Of a stretch of DNA of 64,000 bases, positions 63,032-64,000 are shown piece by piece. This DNA is from Octopus sinensis. Its lineage: Eukaryota. The translations under genes were made by a program, and so were the position numbers. Below the pieces are notes generated by a model, which ran no database searches, was not told the origin of the DNA, and saw only the letters and a list, made by a program, of their open reading frames with translations. Each line of letters opens with the position of its first letter. Positions within the stretch are counted from its first letter, which is position 1. The stretch covers positions 50,468,001-50,532,000 of the forward strand of contig NC_043015.1 in the NCBI RefSeq assembly GCF_006345805.1. Direction: 5' to 3'.

Positions 63032-63262
63032 TTAGCCCTTTAGCATTCTGATTACTCTGTCAAATATAATGCTTAATTATTCTCCACATTGTTTTGAATC
63101 AATCATGTATGATCTCTTAGCTTCAAGATTTTGATGATCTGATTGCTTATTTTTAAGCTGACATTGTAGGGTAGGTATAAAAGGTCAGATCTAGCCTGTT
63201 TGACCATAAAACAAGTAAGATATTTTGGCTGGATATGACTAGATTAACTGCTAATTGGTTAA
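63032..63262. mobile_element. piggyBac-like MITE
   Basis: ttagccctttagcattctgattactctgtc ... tgctaattggttaa; same family as 29850-30439. Confidence 0.65.
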
Positions 63263-63489
63263 CTAGCTATTTGTATCCCTCTTAATTAACTGAACCAACT
63301 AGCTGCATTTCTTGTTTTCAGTTCGTTAAACTAATTAACTAATTAGCTGTGTCCCTCATAACTGGACTTACTAGCTTCACTCATCATACCCAGTTAGCTG
63401 AAGTAGCTAACTAACTGTAACCTTGATTAATACTTAGATTAATATGTATCTAGACTCACTTCTTATAATTAGTTATCAAAATCTTCGCA

Positions 63490-64000
63490 TCACTTACCAA
63501 GTTCTTTGTGCGCCGCTCTCTGGCTATCTATCTGAGGCTTTATATAGCTAAGGTGCGGCCTCACCTGGAATTTGCATCACCGGTCTGGAACCCCAATCTT
63601 GACCAGGATATTAATCGTCTGGAAACCGTTCAGTGACGTGCAACCAAGTGAATACCCTCCATCAGGCATTTGCCATATTCTGAACGCCTTACTTCCCTGG
63701 GCATGGACACATTGAAACTCCGACGTCTGGCAGCTAACTTGGCAGACACCCATAAAATTATCAACCATCTTACTAACAATAACTCTGAGCACCTTTTCAA
63801 ACTCCACCTGTCTAACACCTGTGGACATATTTACAAAGTCAGAAAACAGCACAGCTTCCATGACTTTCGAAAACATTTTTTCATGCTAAGAGTTGCTGAA
63901 ACATGGAACAAACTGCCGGCATCAGTTGTTAGTAGTCGGAGCACTGCATCCTTCAAAACTTCCATGCTTACTGAGATTCGCCAACACTACACCTGATTTT
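63490..64000 (+). mobile_element. CR1/L2-group LINE ORF2 C-terminus (5'-truncated pseudogene), runs off the window end
   Basis: LYIAKVRPHLEFASPVWNP...RLETVQ*RATK*IPSIRHLPYSERL..L..RRL...FF.LRV...WNKLP; two in-frame stops; terminates at 63996. Confidence 0.88.

Overview
Eukaryotic, AT-rich, extremely repeat-dense animal DNA. The SINE and microsatellite repertoire looks like an Octopus (coleoid cephalopod) genome; this is my recognition, not a database result. No complete host protein-coding gene is supported, and nearly all ORF-track entries are microsatellite or repeat translations. The window is most likely a long intron or intergenic tract containing: (i) a full-length 1,293-bp mariner (D,D34D) with 33-bp TIRs and a 4-stop transposase pseudogene, a second mariner 3' end, and Tc1/mariner and piggyBac-like MITEs; (ii) RTE and CR1-type LINE 3' fragments, one with a twin-priming 5' inversion, a 9-bp TSD and a nested SINE; (iii) dozens of copies of several SINE families (labels S1-S8 are my own); (iv) minisatellites, including a 4x33-bp higher-order 132-bp satellite; (v) a 100-N gap; (vi) short unique islands with splice-site-bounded open frames on both strands, which are low-confidence exon candidates. 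The most interesting signal is three short repeat families carrying degenerate minimal type-I hammerhead-ribozyme motifs of the Penelope/retrozyme kind. One family is joined to a tRNA-like Pol III head and occurs as a head-to-head palindromic dimer.
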